64,000 bases of DNA from an uncultured Anaerolineales bacterium (GTDB lineage: Bacteria; Chloroflexota; Anaerolineae; Anaerolineales; UBA11858): positions 522-64,521 of the forward strand of contig CAYTKR010000007.1 of NCBI GenBank assembly GCA_964438295.1, in the 5' to 3' direction. The notes beneath the pieces are model-generated. The model saw only the letters and a list, made by a program, of their open reading frames with translations. It ran no database searches and was not told the origin of the DNA. The translations under genes and the position numbers were made by a program. Below are positions 50,941-60,213 of this stretch, piece by piece. Numbering within the stretch: the stretch's first letter is position 1; every line of letters starts with the position of its first letter.

Positions 50941-50969
50941 AGATTATCAGCTCCAATCGAAAACAACGG

Positions 50970-51386
50970 CTAGAGTTGTTTTGTGAGATAGAAGCGCTGG
51001 TGTCCGGGTGGGAAGTTGTTCAACTCGCCATAGATTTTGTAGCCATTATTTTTGTAGAACTCAGGCGCTTGAAAACTGAACGTGTCCAGATAGGCATTCT
51101 TAGCACCGCGCTTTCGAGCTTCCTCTTCTGCCATGGCAAGTAATTGGCGTCCATAACCTTGACCGCGATATTCTTCTTTTAGCCACATCAAATCTAAATT
51201 GAACCAATCCCAATGCGTTGCGCCAATCACACCCCCCACTATTTCCTTATCGGGCGCGCGCAGTACGATGCAAAGCTGTTGTCCTTTGTCATCGCCGGCT
51301 TTTTGGATATTATATTCGTGAATCCCACCACCAATAATTCCCCATTCTGGCTGTTCAACGTATTCAAAACTGAATTCTCCACTCAT
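50970..51386 (-). CDS. GNAT-family N-acetyltransferase
   Basis: Acetyl-CoA motif YRGQGYGRQLL, 138 aa. Confidence 0.8.
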   Translation of the reverse strand: MSGEFSFEYVEQPEWGIIGGGIHEYNIQKAGDDKGQQLCIVLRAPDKEIVGGVIGATHWDWFNLDLMWLKEEYRGQGYGRQLLAMAEEEARKRGAKNAYLDTFSFQAPEFYKNNGYKIYGELNNFPPGHQRFYLTKQL

Positions 51387-51432
51387 GATCCTTTTCCCAT
51401 TTCAATTGATAGCGACTTGTCAATAGATCAGC

Positions 51433-52089
51433 TCAACGGTTTCTCCGCACGATGCCTTGCTGCCAGGCATAAACGGCTGCCTGAGTTCGGTCAGCGAGAT
51501 GCAGCTTGCTGAGGATGTTGCTGACGTGTCCTTTGACGGTATTTTCGCTGATCACCAATTGCTCGGCGATCTCGCTGTTGGAGAGGCCGCTGGCGATCAG
51601 TTTCAGGACTTCCATCTCTCGGTCTGTAAGTTCAGTGTATGGATTGAGTTCCTCGCTCTTGGCTCCATGGATTTCTTGAATTACGCGTGACGCTACCCTG
51701 GGGTGTAGAGTAGCCTCACCATGTGCAGCACGCCGAATGGCCTCCGCCAGCTCGTCCATCTTGATGTCCTTGAGGATGTACGAAATAGCGCCCGCCTGTA
51801 AAGCGGGAAAGATGAATTCATCCTGATGATAAGAGGTCAGCACGACCACTTGCGTTCTCGGGCTAGCGTTCTTCACTTTGCGGGTCGCCTCGACCCCATC
51901 GATTTCATCCATGACCAAATCCATCAAGACCACATCGGGGATGTGCTCTAAGGCCATATCTACAGCCTCTTCACCCGATTTGGCTTCCCCCACAACAGTC
52001 AAATCAGGTTGCGCCTCCAAGAAGGCATAAATTCCGCTGCGGACAACTTCATGATCGTCAACGATCAGAACGGTAATTGGTCGAGTCAT
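51433..52089 (-). CDS. NarL/LuxR-family response regulator
   Basis: Receiver domain (VLIVDDHEVV.., MDLVM) plus a LuxR HTH (LTDREMEVLKLIASGLSNSEIAEQLVISENTVKGHVSNILSKL). Confidence 0.9.
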   Translation of the reverse strand: MTRPITVLIVDDHEVVRSGIYAFLEAQPDLTVVGEAKSGEEAVDMALEHIPDVVLMDLVMDEIDGVEATRKVKNASPRTQVVVLTSYHQDEFIFPALQAGAISYILKDIKMDELAEAIRRAAHGEATLHPRVASRVIQEIHGAKSEELNPYTELTDREMEVLKLIASGLSNSEIAEQLVISENTVKGHVSNILSKLHLADRTQAAVYAWQQGIVRRNR

Positions 52090-53610
52090 TCATTTATCTC
52101 CGGTTCGAATATTGCGCATTTTGCAGGTGGCAATGATTTTGGTACCAATATTTTTTTCACTCATAATGTTGAGTTCCCCATCTAACAACTCGACCCGCTC
52201 GCGGATCGAACGCAATCCCATCCCGCTATATTTCTTGTTTGGGTCGAACCCAATGCCGTTATCGGAAACGGTTAGGACAACCTGATTGGGGTGGAATGAC
52301 AAATGGATCTTTGCCTCGGTGGCCTGGCTGTGACGGGCGATGTTAGAAATGGTGCCCTGGGCAATGCGGAAAAGCGCTTGTTCGACATCACGCGGGATAC
52401 TCCGGTTGCCTTGTGCGTGGACGTAAATCGGTATACCAGACTGATGTCCGCATTCCCTGGCATATCTGCGAATGGCTGCTGCCAGTCCTTCACCTTGTAA
52501 GGCGACAGGACGCAATTCCTGGATCAGGTCGGTTAATTCTCGGCGCACTTCATTGACTAATCTTTCAGCTTCATCCAAGTGATCTACTGCTTGCTCGGGC
52601 TCAGGGTTCATCTGTGTGCGGGCGGTGGCCAACTGAGCTGAGGCCGCGAAGGCCTGCTGTTTCACGCTATCGTGCAAATCGCGGGCTAATCGGTTGCGTT
52701 CTTCGATGGCTGAAATTTCCTGGCGTTCATCGAGCAAGTTTTCGAGTTGTGCGGCCATATGGTTGAGCGTGCCTCCCAATATGCCCAACTCGTCTTTGAT
52801 CGGATCGTCGACGAATACAGAGAAATCGCCTTGGCTCCACGCTTTCGCTGAATTCCCCAACCGGTTTAGGCGTGAGGTAAACCCCCTCGCGGTCAGGAAG
52901 CCGAACAGGGTTCCAAAGACGCCGGCAATCAAGGTGATGAAGAGCAGGCCAAACCCAACCTGGCGGGAGATTTGTGGCCAGCGCAGAACTTCCAGTAATT
53001 GCGATTTATGCATGAACCCCAAAACCCCGACGATTTCACCAGAGCCATTGTTGTGGTAGATCGGAATCGCTCCGGTGATGATGTCATTGGATACTTTGTT
53101 GACCAATTTGTCCGAACCGATCTCACCTCGAAGGGCAGCTTCGAACGGGGCGCGTAATCCTGGAACTTCATCGGGATCGAGTGGATCTCCAGCGCGAGTT
53201 TGGGTGATGAAATCGTGCGGCACAGCGTCGATTAGATTGCCCTCACCATCGGTATAGAGCACGTAAAGGACGTTAGTGCTGGTCACATTGAGAATGAAAT
53301 CACCAATCTCAATGGGGGTGATTTCGGCTACCGTAGCCCGGAACTGGCTCAACAAATCCTTCAACCCCTCCACATCTGGCGGGAACGTAGATAAAAACTG
53401 CCTGCCCAATCGGTTGTAGGAGCCCGCGGTGATATCCAGGAACAGCTCCTCAGGGGTCACTCTGGTTCTGGAGACGATATAAGCCGACACACCCATTATG
53501 ACAATCGTGCTGGTCAGCAGCAGCGCGGCAACCGTGATCCCGAAGTAACTCAGGGTCAACTTCCAGCGCAATTTTCCGAATTGATCTCGTATTAAAAGCC
53601 AGAGGTTCAT
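52090..53610 (-). CDS. Sensor histidine kinase, HAMP + HisKA_3 (NarX/LiaS type)
   Basis: Two TM helices, a HAMP domain, H-box RLARDLHDSVKQ and a HATPase domain (DNGIGF). It abuts the response-regulator gene. Confidence 0.9.
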   Translation of the reverse strand: MNLWLLIRDQFGKLRWKLTLSYFGITVAALLLTSTIVIMGVSAYIVSRTRVTPEELFLDITAGSYNRLGRQFLSTFPPDVEGLKDLLSQFRATVAEITPIEIGDFILNVTSTNVLYVLYTDGEGNLIDAVPHDFITQTRAGDPLDPDEVPGLRAPFEAALRGEIGSDKLVNKVSNDIITGAIPIYHNNGSGEIVGVLGFMHKSQLLEVLRWPQISRQVGFGLLFITLIAGVFGTLFGFLTARGFTSRLNRLGNSAKAWSQGDFSVFVDDPIKDELGILGGTLNHMAAQLENLLDERQEISAIEERNRLARDLHDSVKQQAFAASAQLATARTQMNPEPEQAVDHLDEAERLVNEVRRELTDLIQELRPVALQGEGLAAAIRRYARECGHQSGIPIYVHAQGNRSIPRDVEQALFRIAQGTISNIARHSQATEAKIHLSFHPNQVVLTVSDNGIGFDPNKKYSGMGLRSIRERVELLDGELNIMSEKNIGTKIIATCKMRNIRTGDK

Positions 53611-54165
53611 GTGTTAACTATACAACAGCCTCGCGGGCATGACAATGTGAGAGATGATACGGCTTTATCGAACTCCGAATATGACATTGTATTGGCTCTC
53701 CAGAAATCTCCGTCGAAGGTGGCCGAACCCCCAAATCTGGATTTCACCTTAGGAATTCCAGAGACCCATTGTATTCCTAGGGTAATTCCGAGGCATGAAA
53801 GATAATCCTGTAGTATTGTGTTAAATTGTACTCAGGAGTGGTGCAAATTGTTCGATTTTCAACTAATATTGTGTCGAGTAAGAGAAAGCCTTTTACTCCT
53901 CCAATGGAGGGGGATGGGTTCAAATCCATCCCCCATTTGGTTTAACCCGTTTTACCCTATACCCTACTCAAGTAGGGGGAAAGACTCTACTACAGTGTTA
54001 TGTGCGCTGCATAGATTTTGATTTATGATCGGTATAACTGTAACGGAAATCGCCCCGGAGGTGCCGGGGCGACGACTGGAAAGTACATGGCCCGATCAGA
54101 CCGTGTTGGACTTTCCTATGATTAGTATACCTGATTATTCTCCCTATCGGAATAGATGTATCCAG

Positions 54166-54220
54166 ATTTGGGGATGTAGGGTGTGCCAGGCACGCCACAC
54201 ATCCCCAAATTTGCCTTTTT
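54166..54220 (+). terminator. Terminator-like hairpin of the ATTTGGGG..CCCCAAAT family in the leader of the binding-protein gene
   Basis: ATTTGGGGATGT (54166-54177) / ACATCCCCAAAT (54199-54210) enclose an inner GTGC-cag-GCAC stem. TTGCCTTTTT follows. Confidence 0.35.
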
Positions 54221-54330
54221 CCCATGAAATAGCAGGGAGCATAAGTTCTCGAAAGGGGGTGGTTGCGAGCACAAATTAGAACAAACTTCGTCCCAAAACT
54301 TAATCCAACTAAAAATTAAGGAGAAGAACC

Positions 54331-56508
54331 GTGAGTTCTAAAAAACTATTTATTATGGTTGGCTTGATGGTCATCGCCAGTATGGCGCTAGCTGCTTGCC
54401 AACCCGAAACTGTCACCGTTGTCGAGACGGTGGTTGTAGAGGTCGAGAAGGAAGTCGAGGCAGCCCCCGTAGAAGAGGCACCTGAAGCTGAGTGCTGCGA
54501 TGCGTACCGCATTGCCCTTTTCGAGGAACCTGTTTCCCTGAACTACTGGAACTACCTTGGCCCAGGCAGCTCTGTCTGGACGAGCTATGTCATCTCCCAG
54601 AGTCAGGCGCAGCTTTTCGCGCTCTCCGATCAGCGCTTTGACTTTGTGACCCAGTTGGCGCTCGAGATTCCCGAACCCGTCGATAATGGCGATGGCACCT
54701 ACACGATCACCGTTGATTTGGTTCAGGACGCAGTCTGGAGTGATGGCGAACCCATTACTGCTCAGGACTATGTCTTCACATTCAACACCTGTAAAGATCT
54801 CAAGCTGACTCAGAACTGGCCCAACCAGTGTACGCCCAATGATGTTGAAGTCGAAGTTACCGCACTGGACGACTACACCGTTGAGTTCCACTTTCTGAAC
54901 CAGGCCCCCTCCTTGGGGAACTGGCAGGCTGGTCTGGCCCTGGCCCCGATCCTCCCAGAACATTACTGGGCAGAGAAAGCTGCCGAGGGTTACGCCTTTG
55001 TAGAAGAAATTGCAGCACCGGGTGAAGCACCTGAGGCTATCATGGTTGCCTGCGAGGGCGACGATATGCACCCCGACTGCACCGCAGCTTTGGAAGAAGC
55101 TGGAGAAGATGCAGAGAATGTTGAAGTTGAGCTGACCTGCGAATCTGAAGGTGGTCTTCCTGAAGACTTCCAGTCTGCTTGTGATGCTTATGCAGAAGAG
55201 GTAGCTGGCTACGACGAGGCTTTCACCAACGCCCGCACCACACTGTACGAAGCCGACGCTAGCGACGTTCCAGTATATGGTGGCTACACCACCGATACCT
55301 GGGAGCCGGGCGCATTCGTTCAGCGTTCAGCCAACGAGTCCTACTATTTCAAGGGCGCCGAAGTTGTTGAGTTTGAAGATGGCACCTGGCAGTTGACCAT
55401 GCCCGATGGCACCAACTACCAGCTATACGGCAATGCTGAAGGCGAAGAAACCCTGCGCTTCACCCAGGGTCCATTCAGCCCCAACATTGTTTTCTCCATC
55501 TATGGCTCACAGGATGCTGCTTTCTTGGCCCTGGCCAATGGCGAAGTGGATTACGTGATCAACCCCCTGGGGTTAGCACGTGGTTTGCGTGAGCAGGCCG
55601 AGCGTGGCGAAGGCATTCAGACCTACACCAACGCCGATTATGGCATGTACTACCTGGCCTTCAACATGAACAAATTCCCCATGTCCAACTACGAGTTCCG
55701 CCACGCAATGGATATCTCCATTGACAAGGACTTCGTGGTCAACAGCGTGTTGGGTGGCGTGGTCTTCCCGATGTACTCCACTATGCCCCCTGGAAATGGC
55801 TTCTGGCACAACCCTGAGGTAGCCAAGCCCTACGTTGAGCTGACTCGCGCCGAGCGCGTTGACATGGCCGTTCAGGTTCTCAAAGACGCCGGCTGGAGCT
55901 GGACTGCTGAACCCTTCTGGGATGAAGATCTGCAAGATGTGACTCCTGGCGAAGGCATCCTCGGACCCGATGGCATGGAAGTTCCCGAACTGACTATCCT
56001 CGGTCCTGGCCCTGCGTACGACCCCATCCGCGCCACTTTCAACCAGTGGATCTCTGAGTGGGCTCGTGAGCTAGGTTTCCCCGTGAAGTCTGAGCTGACT
56101 GGGTTCAACACTATCCTCGGCCCCGTCTTCATCGACGCCAATTACGATATGTACATCCTCGGTTGGAGTCTGGGCAACGTCGCTTTCCCCAACTACTACT
56201 TCGACTTCTGGCACAGCAGCCAGTGCACCGCGGACACAGGCAACTACAACACTCCGTGCCTCAAAGATGCTGAGTACGATGCAGTAGTGGAAGAGTTCAT
56301 GGAGACTGGTGACCTGGAGCGCGCTCAAGAGCTGATCTACCAGGCGCAGGAGATTCTTGCGGACCGCCGTCCGTATATCACCCTGTTCTACAAGCAGACC
56401 CATGACTTGGCCCACAGCCGGGTGAACTTCCCCTACACCGAGTCCCTGGGAGGCATCGAGTTCCAAACTGGCTTCCAGACCGACGCTCAAGTGCTGCTCA
56501 CCAAGTAA
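54331..56508 (+). CDS. ABC transporter solute-binding protein, family 5 (peptide/oligosaccharide/nickel class), lipoprotein
   Basis: GTG start with an AAGGAGAAG RBS, lipobox LAAC and a family-5-like core. It carries an acidic Cys-rich insert. No permease or ATPase genes are adjacent. Confidence 0.75.
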   Translation: MSSKKLFIMVGLMVIASMALAACQPETVTVVETVVVEVEKEVEAAPVEEAPEAECCDAYRIALFEEPVSLNYWNYLGPGSSVWTSYVISQSQAQLFALSDQRFDFVTQLALEIPEPVDNGDGTYTITVDLVQDAVWSDGEPITAQDYVFTFNTCKDLKLTQNWPNQCTPNDVEVEVTALDDYTVEFHFLNQAPSLGNWQAGLALAPILPEHYWAEKAAEGYAFVEEIAAPGEAPEAIMVACEGDDMHPDCTAALEEAGEDAENVEVELTCESEGGLPEDFQSACDAYAEEVAGYDEAFTNARTTLYEADASDVPVYGGYTTDTWEPGAFVQRSANESYYFKGAEVVEFEDGTWQLTMPDGTNYQLYGNAEGEETLRFTQGPFSPNIVFSIYGSQDAAFLALANGEVDYVINPLGLARGLREQAERGEGIQTYTNADYGMYYLAFNMNKFPMSNYEFRHAMDISIDKDFVVNSVLGGVVFPMYSTMPPGNGFWHNPEVAKPYVELTRAERVDMAVQVLKDAGWSWTAEPFWDEDLQDVTPGEGILGPDGMEVPELTILGPGPAYDPIRATFNQWISEWARELGFPVKSELTGFNTILGPVFIDANYDMYILGWSLGNVAFPNYYFDFWHSSQCTADTGNYNTPCLKDAEYDAVVEEFMETGDLERAQELIYQAQEILADRRPYITLFYKQTHDLAHSRVNFPYTESLGGIEFQTGFQTDAQVLLTK

Positions 56509-56594
56509 TCTGTTTGAAGTTCAAGAATTTCAACCTCTTCGCGAAGTACTCTCGAAGGGGAGCAGAAAACTTGAACTTCTGTAATGAGAAGTAT

Positions 56595-56632
56595 GCGAAG
56601 CCCCCGATGTCGGGGGCTTCGTCCTTTATATA
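56595..56632 (+). terminator. Intrinsic terminator of the binding-protein gene
   Basis: GCGAAGCCCCCG-atgt-CGGGGGCTTCG followed by TCCTTTATATAT. It is preceded by a second hairpin, GAAGTTCAAG (56515-56524) / CTTGAACTTC (56569-56578). Confidence 0.7.
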
Positions 56633-56698
56633 TCCTAATCCGCGAACGTTATTCAATTTCCCCTATGATAATTCGTCCCTTTCCGGTATGATTTATCT

Positions 56699-57253
56699 AT
56701 GTCTTTCTTTGCATCCAAACGAGAACGACGATTTTGGCTCTGGTCGCTGATCACTGTTGTGGCTATTTATTCCACATTAGGGTTGACATGGAAGCTGGCT
56801 GCTGAACTGCGCCAACGCAATTTGCTGGAGATTTCGTTTGTCGTTGGCTTTCTCTTGGTGATCACTGCCATCGTTGGGAGTGGGATCGTGAGGCAAGCAG
56901 GGTGGCGAGAGATATGGGTGCTCCTCGGTGTCGTGGCCGTTTACGGGATGGTGATGGTAAGGATTGCACTGACCCCGGAGGAGCGCACCCACTTGTTCGA
57001 GTACGGTATTCTCGCAACGCTCATTCACCAGGCTTTGAGTGAGCGAGCTCGCAATGGACGCAAAGTGCCCTCGCCCGCGATACTGGCAGTGTTGATCACG
57101 GCTCTTTTGGGCTGGCTTGACGAGGGTATCCAGGCGCTGCTTCCCAATCGAGTCTATGACATCCGTGATGTTGGCACCAATGCGCTAGCAGGTGTGATGG
57201 CCATTGCGGCAATCTTGACCTTGTCTTGGGCGCGCCGTAGATGGTGGGAATAA
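56699..57253 (+). CDS. VanZ-like family membrane protein
   Basis: Five hydrophobic helices and the C-terminal motif DIRDVGTNALAG. Confidence 0.6.
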   Translation: MSFFASKRERRFWLWSLITVVAIYSTLGLTWKLAAELRQRNLLEISFVVGFLLVITAIVGSGIVRQAGWREIWVLLGVVAVYGMVMVRIALTPEERTHLFEYGILATLIHQALSERARNGRKVPSPAILAVLITALLGWLDEGIQALLPNRVYDIRDVGTNALAGVMAIAAILTLSWARRRWWE

Positions 57254-57259
57254 TTGATT

Positions 57260-58450
57260 TTATGTGTCCAAGTTTTCTTTCGATGTGGATGATATCCACA
57301 CCGAGCTAACTACAAACCCTATTACCATGATCAGCGCCCCACTATAATAGGGATACTCGATGTGCATGTCGAAGAGCACCCCAGCCAGCAACGGCCCCAC
57401 GATGCGTCCCAAGCTTATGAAGGCATTGCTCAAGCCCATCGTGATGCCCTGGTCCAGGGTGGCTCGTTTTGAAGTTAGCGAAGTCACCGCTGGGGCGAGC
57501 AGAGCCGTGGTCAGGGTGAAGGCGGCGATGGTCAACATGACAGTCAAGACTGTGTCCGCTACTGAGATCAGCAAGAAGGTCACCGCTGTAGCCAGCAACG
57601 AGATTTTGATCAAAGGGGATTCGCCCCAGCGTTTGGTCAGCGGTCCTACCAGCAATCCCTGGGCAATCGCCGAAACTAACCCAAATACCATGAAGACCCA
57701 ACCAACTTCTTCGGGTCCGTAGCCGAATTTCTCCGCGGCGTACAACCCAAAGATGCCGTAGAAGATCATCAGTCCGCATGTGGAGATGAAAGCCATCAGG
57801 AGCAGGATCCCAATGGGGCTGAAGATGCCGTCCCTGAGATCTCGCAGTGGATTGGATGAATGCTTTTTCTTCGTAGGCTGGCGTTTCTCTGGGGGCAAGG
57901 ATTCCGGCAAGAAAACGGCAATCAACCCCAGGGTCAGGAAGGACATCCCGCCAGCGATGAAGAAGGGCATCGAGAGTGATTCGCCCCCCAACAAGCCTCC
58001 CAGCCCAGGGCCGAGGATTGTACCAACCCCCATGGCTGCGCCCAAGAGACCCATGCCGCCACCACGTTCTTCCTCGGTGGTGCTGTCGCCGATATAGGCC
58101 ATGGTGGTGGGCGATGTGGCTGAGGAGAGGATGCCCGAAAGGATGCGCGAGACGAAGAGCATCCACAGGCTTGTGGAGAGACCAAAGAGGATCATTGCGA
58201 TCCCATAGCCCAGGATGCCGATCATCAAGATGGGTTTGCGGCCGTGGCGGTCTGATAGGCTCCCCCAGATGGGAGCAAAGATCAACCGCATGGTAGCGTA
58301 CGATGCGACGAGCAGGCCCAGCTCAGTTCCGCCCGCGCCCAGGTTCTCGATATAGAAGGGCATGATGGGGATGACCATGCCGAACCCGAGCATGATCACC
58401 ACCAGCGTCAAGGCCAGGATGTAGATGTTGCGGCGATTCGTGGTGGACAT
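57260..58450 (-). CDS. MFS transporter (drug:H+ antiporter-like, 12 TM)
   Basis: MFS motif A-like GSLSDRHGRKP. The ATG at 58450 (MSTTNRRN) is preferred over the TTG at 58483. Confidence 0.8.
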   Translation of the reverse strand: MSTTNRRNIYILALTLVVIMLGFGMVIPIMPFYIENLGAGGTELGLLVASYATMRLIFAPIWGSLSDRHGRKPILMIGILGYGIAMILFGLSTSLWMLFVSRILSGILSSATSPTTMAYIGDSTTEEERGGGMGLLGAAMGVGTILGPGLGGLLGGESLSMPFFIAGGMSFLTLGLIAVFLPESLPPEKRQPTKKKHSSNPLRDLRDGIFSPIGILLLMAFISTCGLMIFYGIFGLYAAEKFGYGPEEVGWVFMVFGLVSAIAQGLLVGPLTKRWGESPLIKISLLATAVTFLLISVADTVLTVMLTIAAFTLTTALLAPAVTSLTSKRATLDQGITMGLSNAFISLGRIVGPLLAGVLFDMHIEYPYYSGALIMVIGFVVSSVWISSTSKENLDT

Positions 58451-58567
58451 TTGAAAAACTTCTTTGTCATCGTGAGGATGCAACAGGCAGACGAAGTGAT
58501 CCGAATAGATGAAAGCTGTGATTCAGATTGCTTCGTCCCCTTCGAGGTCAGGGTCCTCGCAATGACA

Positions 58568-60178
58568 TCACAATATTTCTACTGTACCTGACCCGCCATT
58601 TACTCGTAGACGGTCGCCAGTTTTGATTCGCATAGTGGCATCACCGCAGCCAACTACGGCAGGGATGCCCAGCTCGCGGGCTACAATGGCGGCATGAGAG
58701 AGCGGCGCTCCGATGTCAGTGACCACGGCAGCGGCGCGTGGGAAGATCATTGTCCAGGATATGTCAGTTTGCGGGGTGACCAGGATTTCGCCTGGTTGCA
58801 GTTGTGCGCCCTCTTCGGGGGTGAATGCACAGCGGGCGATTCCTTCGATCTGACCAGCCGATCCTGGTGAGCCTTTGATGATTTTGCTGCCATTCTCAGA
58901 GCGAGTCAGAGAACGATCAAATATGTCGCTGCGCCGCTTGGGGTCTGTAGCCCACTGGAAAGGATCGAAGCGACCGCGTATCACCGAAGGATAGGTTGGC
59001 AGTGATTTGAATTTCTGATATTTCTCTTTGCGCTGGGAGATATTTTGGATGGGAGCATTATCTCCAGATAAAACGTCCAAAACATCACTCAAGTGCAGGA
59101 AGAAGATATCCTCTCCCAGGTCGGTCAGTTCTGCAGCCCTCAGTGCGAATAAGCGCACCATCCAACGGTCGCGGATATATTCAGAGCGGGATCGCTCCCG
59201 AAGCCGCGCTCTGCGGGCACTTTCAGCGAGTTTTCGGGCGAGCGATTTCGTTTTGAGCGGGTGTCGGCTGATCAGCCTGTCCCAGGCATCTGCATAGGAT
59301 GCTTTCTTGGTGTTCAATAGCTCGATAGTGTCGCTGGGATTTTCAGCGATCCTGGACAGCTCCTGATCGATCCAAGATGGGTCTTCCATAGGGCGTGCTA
59401 CCGAGAGCTCGAATTCGTGTGGTCCGCGATGGCCGAAGTGTTCAAGATAAATCTCTCGAGGCATCTCGCCGTTAGCAACCTTGGAGAGTCCCAGCACAGG
59501 ACCCAAGGAGGCCAGCATGTCCGTGCCGGAAGTGTCTTTGTTCAAGTTGGCAATCAAGATGTTGGCACCATCACAGCCAACCTGTGGTTCCAGTTCACGG
59601 CGCAAATTCAAGGTGTAGTCTGCCGAATTTGCTGCAATACCGAGCACGATCCAGACAGCATCTTTTACATGAGGGTTGATCTGCCCATTCCACAATTGGG
59701 TCAATTCTTTTCCACTACGCACGGCTTGAAGCTGATCTCGCGTGCGCTGGAACCAAGCGGGATTGCTATCTAGATATGAATCGAGTCGTTTGATGCCAGC
59801 TCTCTGTTTTCCTTGCACCCGCATCAGATTTGGTAAATTGCGCAGGATCTCAAGTTTAGATTTTGGGATCAGTGGAATCTCCATCTCGTCGGGGATGCGC
59901 ATGTACAGTGTGCTTTCTATGTTCCTGAGAATCTGTGCGCGCTTCTGCCCTACGGCGTTGAATAATGTCGCCATAATGCTGATATTGAGATACGGATACC
60001 CGCCAATATTGCCGACTGTGGGGAAGCCTGGTAAAAAGACCCAATCATCCAGCGTGAACTGGATCACCGACCAGGACAGTGGTGTCATCACCTTGGTGAC
60101 GGCTTCGCCAAAATTGACATTGGACCACAGGTAGTCACCAGTGAGAGTAGCGTTCCATTCGTTGTTTGTAATGTTCAT
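58568..60178 (-). CDS. PEP-utilising-enzyme mobile (swivelling His) domain protein resembling the substrate-binding and His domains of rifampicin phosphotransferase, without an ATP-grasp domain (paralogue 2)
   Basis: C-terminus GSPGSAGQIEG..TDIGAPLSHAAIVARELGIPAVVG. The N-terminus starts at MNITNNEWNATLTGDYLWSNVNFGEAVTKVMTPLSWS. The tracked 60340 start would overlap the esterase gene. Confidence 0.7.
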   Translation of the reverse strand: MNITNNEWNATLTGDYLWSNVNFGEAVTKVMTPLSWSVIQFTLDDWVFLPGFPTVGNIGGYPYLNISIMATLFNAVGQKRAQILRNIESTLYMRIPDEMEIPLIPKSKLEILRNLPNLMRVQGKQRAGIKRLDSYLDSNPAWFQRTRDQLQAVRSGKELTQLWNGQINPHVKDAVWIVLGIAANSADYTLNLRRELEPQVGCDGANILIANLNKDTSGTDMLASLGPVLGLSKVANGEMPREIYLEHFGHRGPHEFELSVARPMEDPSWIDQELSRIAENPSDTIELLNTKKASYADAWDRLISRHPLKTKSLARKLAESARRARLRERSRSEYIRDRWMVRLFALRAAELTDLGEDIFFLHLSDVLDVLSGDNAPIQNISQRKEKYQKFKSLPTYPSVIRGRFDPFQWATDPKRRSDIFDRSLTRSENGSKIIKGSPGSAGQIEGIARCAFTPEEGAQLQPGEILVTPQTDISWTMIFPRAAAVVTDIGAPLSHAAIVARELGIPAVVGCGDATMRIKTGDRLRVNGGSGTVEIL

Positions 60179-60213
60179 AATGTTCCTATTGCGTTGATCT
60201 GGCAAGGGACAGA

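Noticed and set aside
53901-53940. A tRNA-like T-arm (GGGTTCAAATCC) that suggested a tRNA or tmRNA gene, or a tRNA 3'-half att site.
   Set aside because: The loop is 8 nt (GTTCAAAT) on a 9-bp stem. A 7-nt T-loop register leaves only 2 of 5 stem pairs. I could find no D-arm, anticodon arm, matching acceptor 5' strand or CCA context. It is treated as a plain hairpin.
54001-54130. A GTGCG motif followed by structured sequence, considered as a possible group II intron 5' end.
   Set aside because: There is no domain V/VI-like sequence, no reverse transcriptase or maturase ORF, and no interrupted host gene. The available non-coding span is too short.
54257-54269. GGGTGGTTGCGAG, which resembles the T-box core (GGGTGGTACCGCG) upstream of the binding-protein gene.
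   Set aside because: The only terminator-like hairpin lies upstream of the motif, not downstream and overlapping it. I could not identify a Stem I/specifier loop or an anti-Shine-Dalgarno element. The match is partial.
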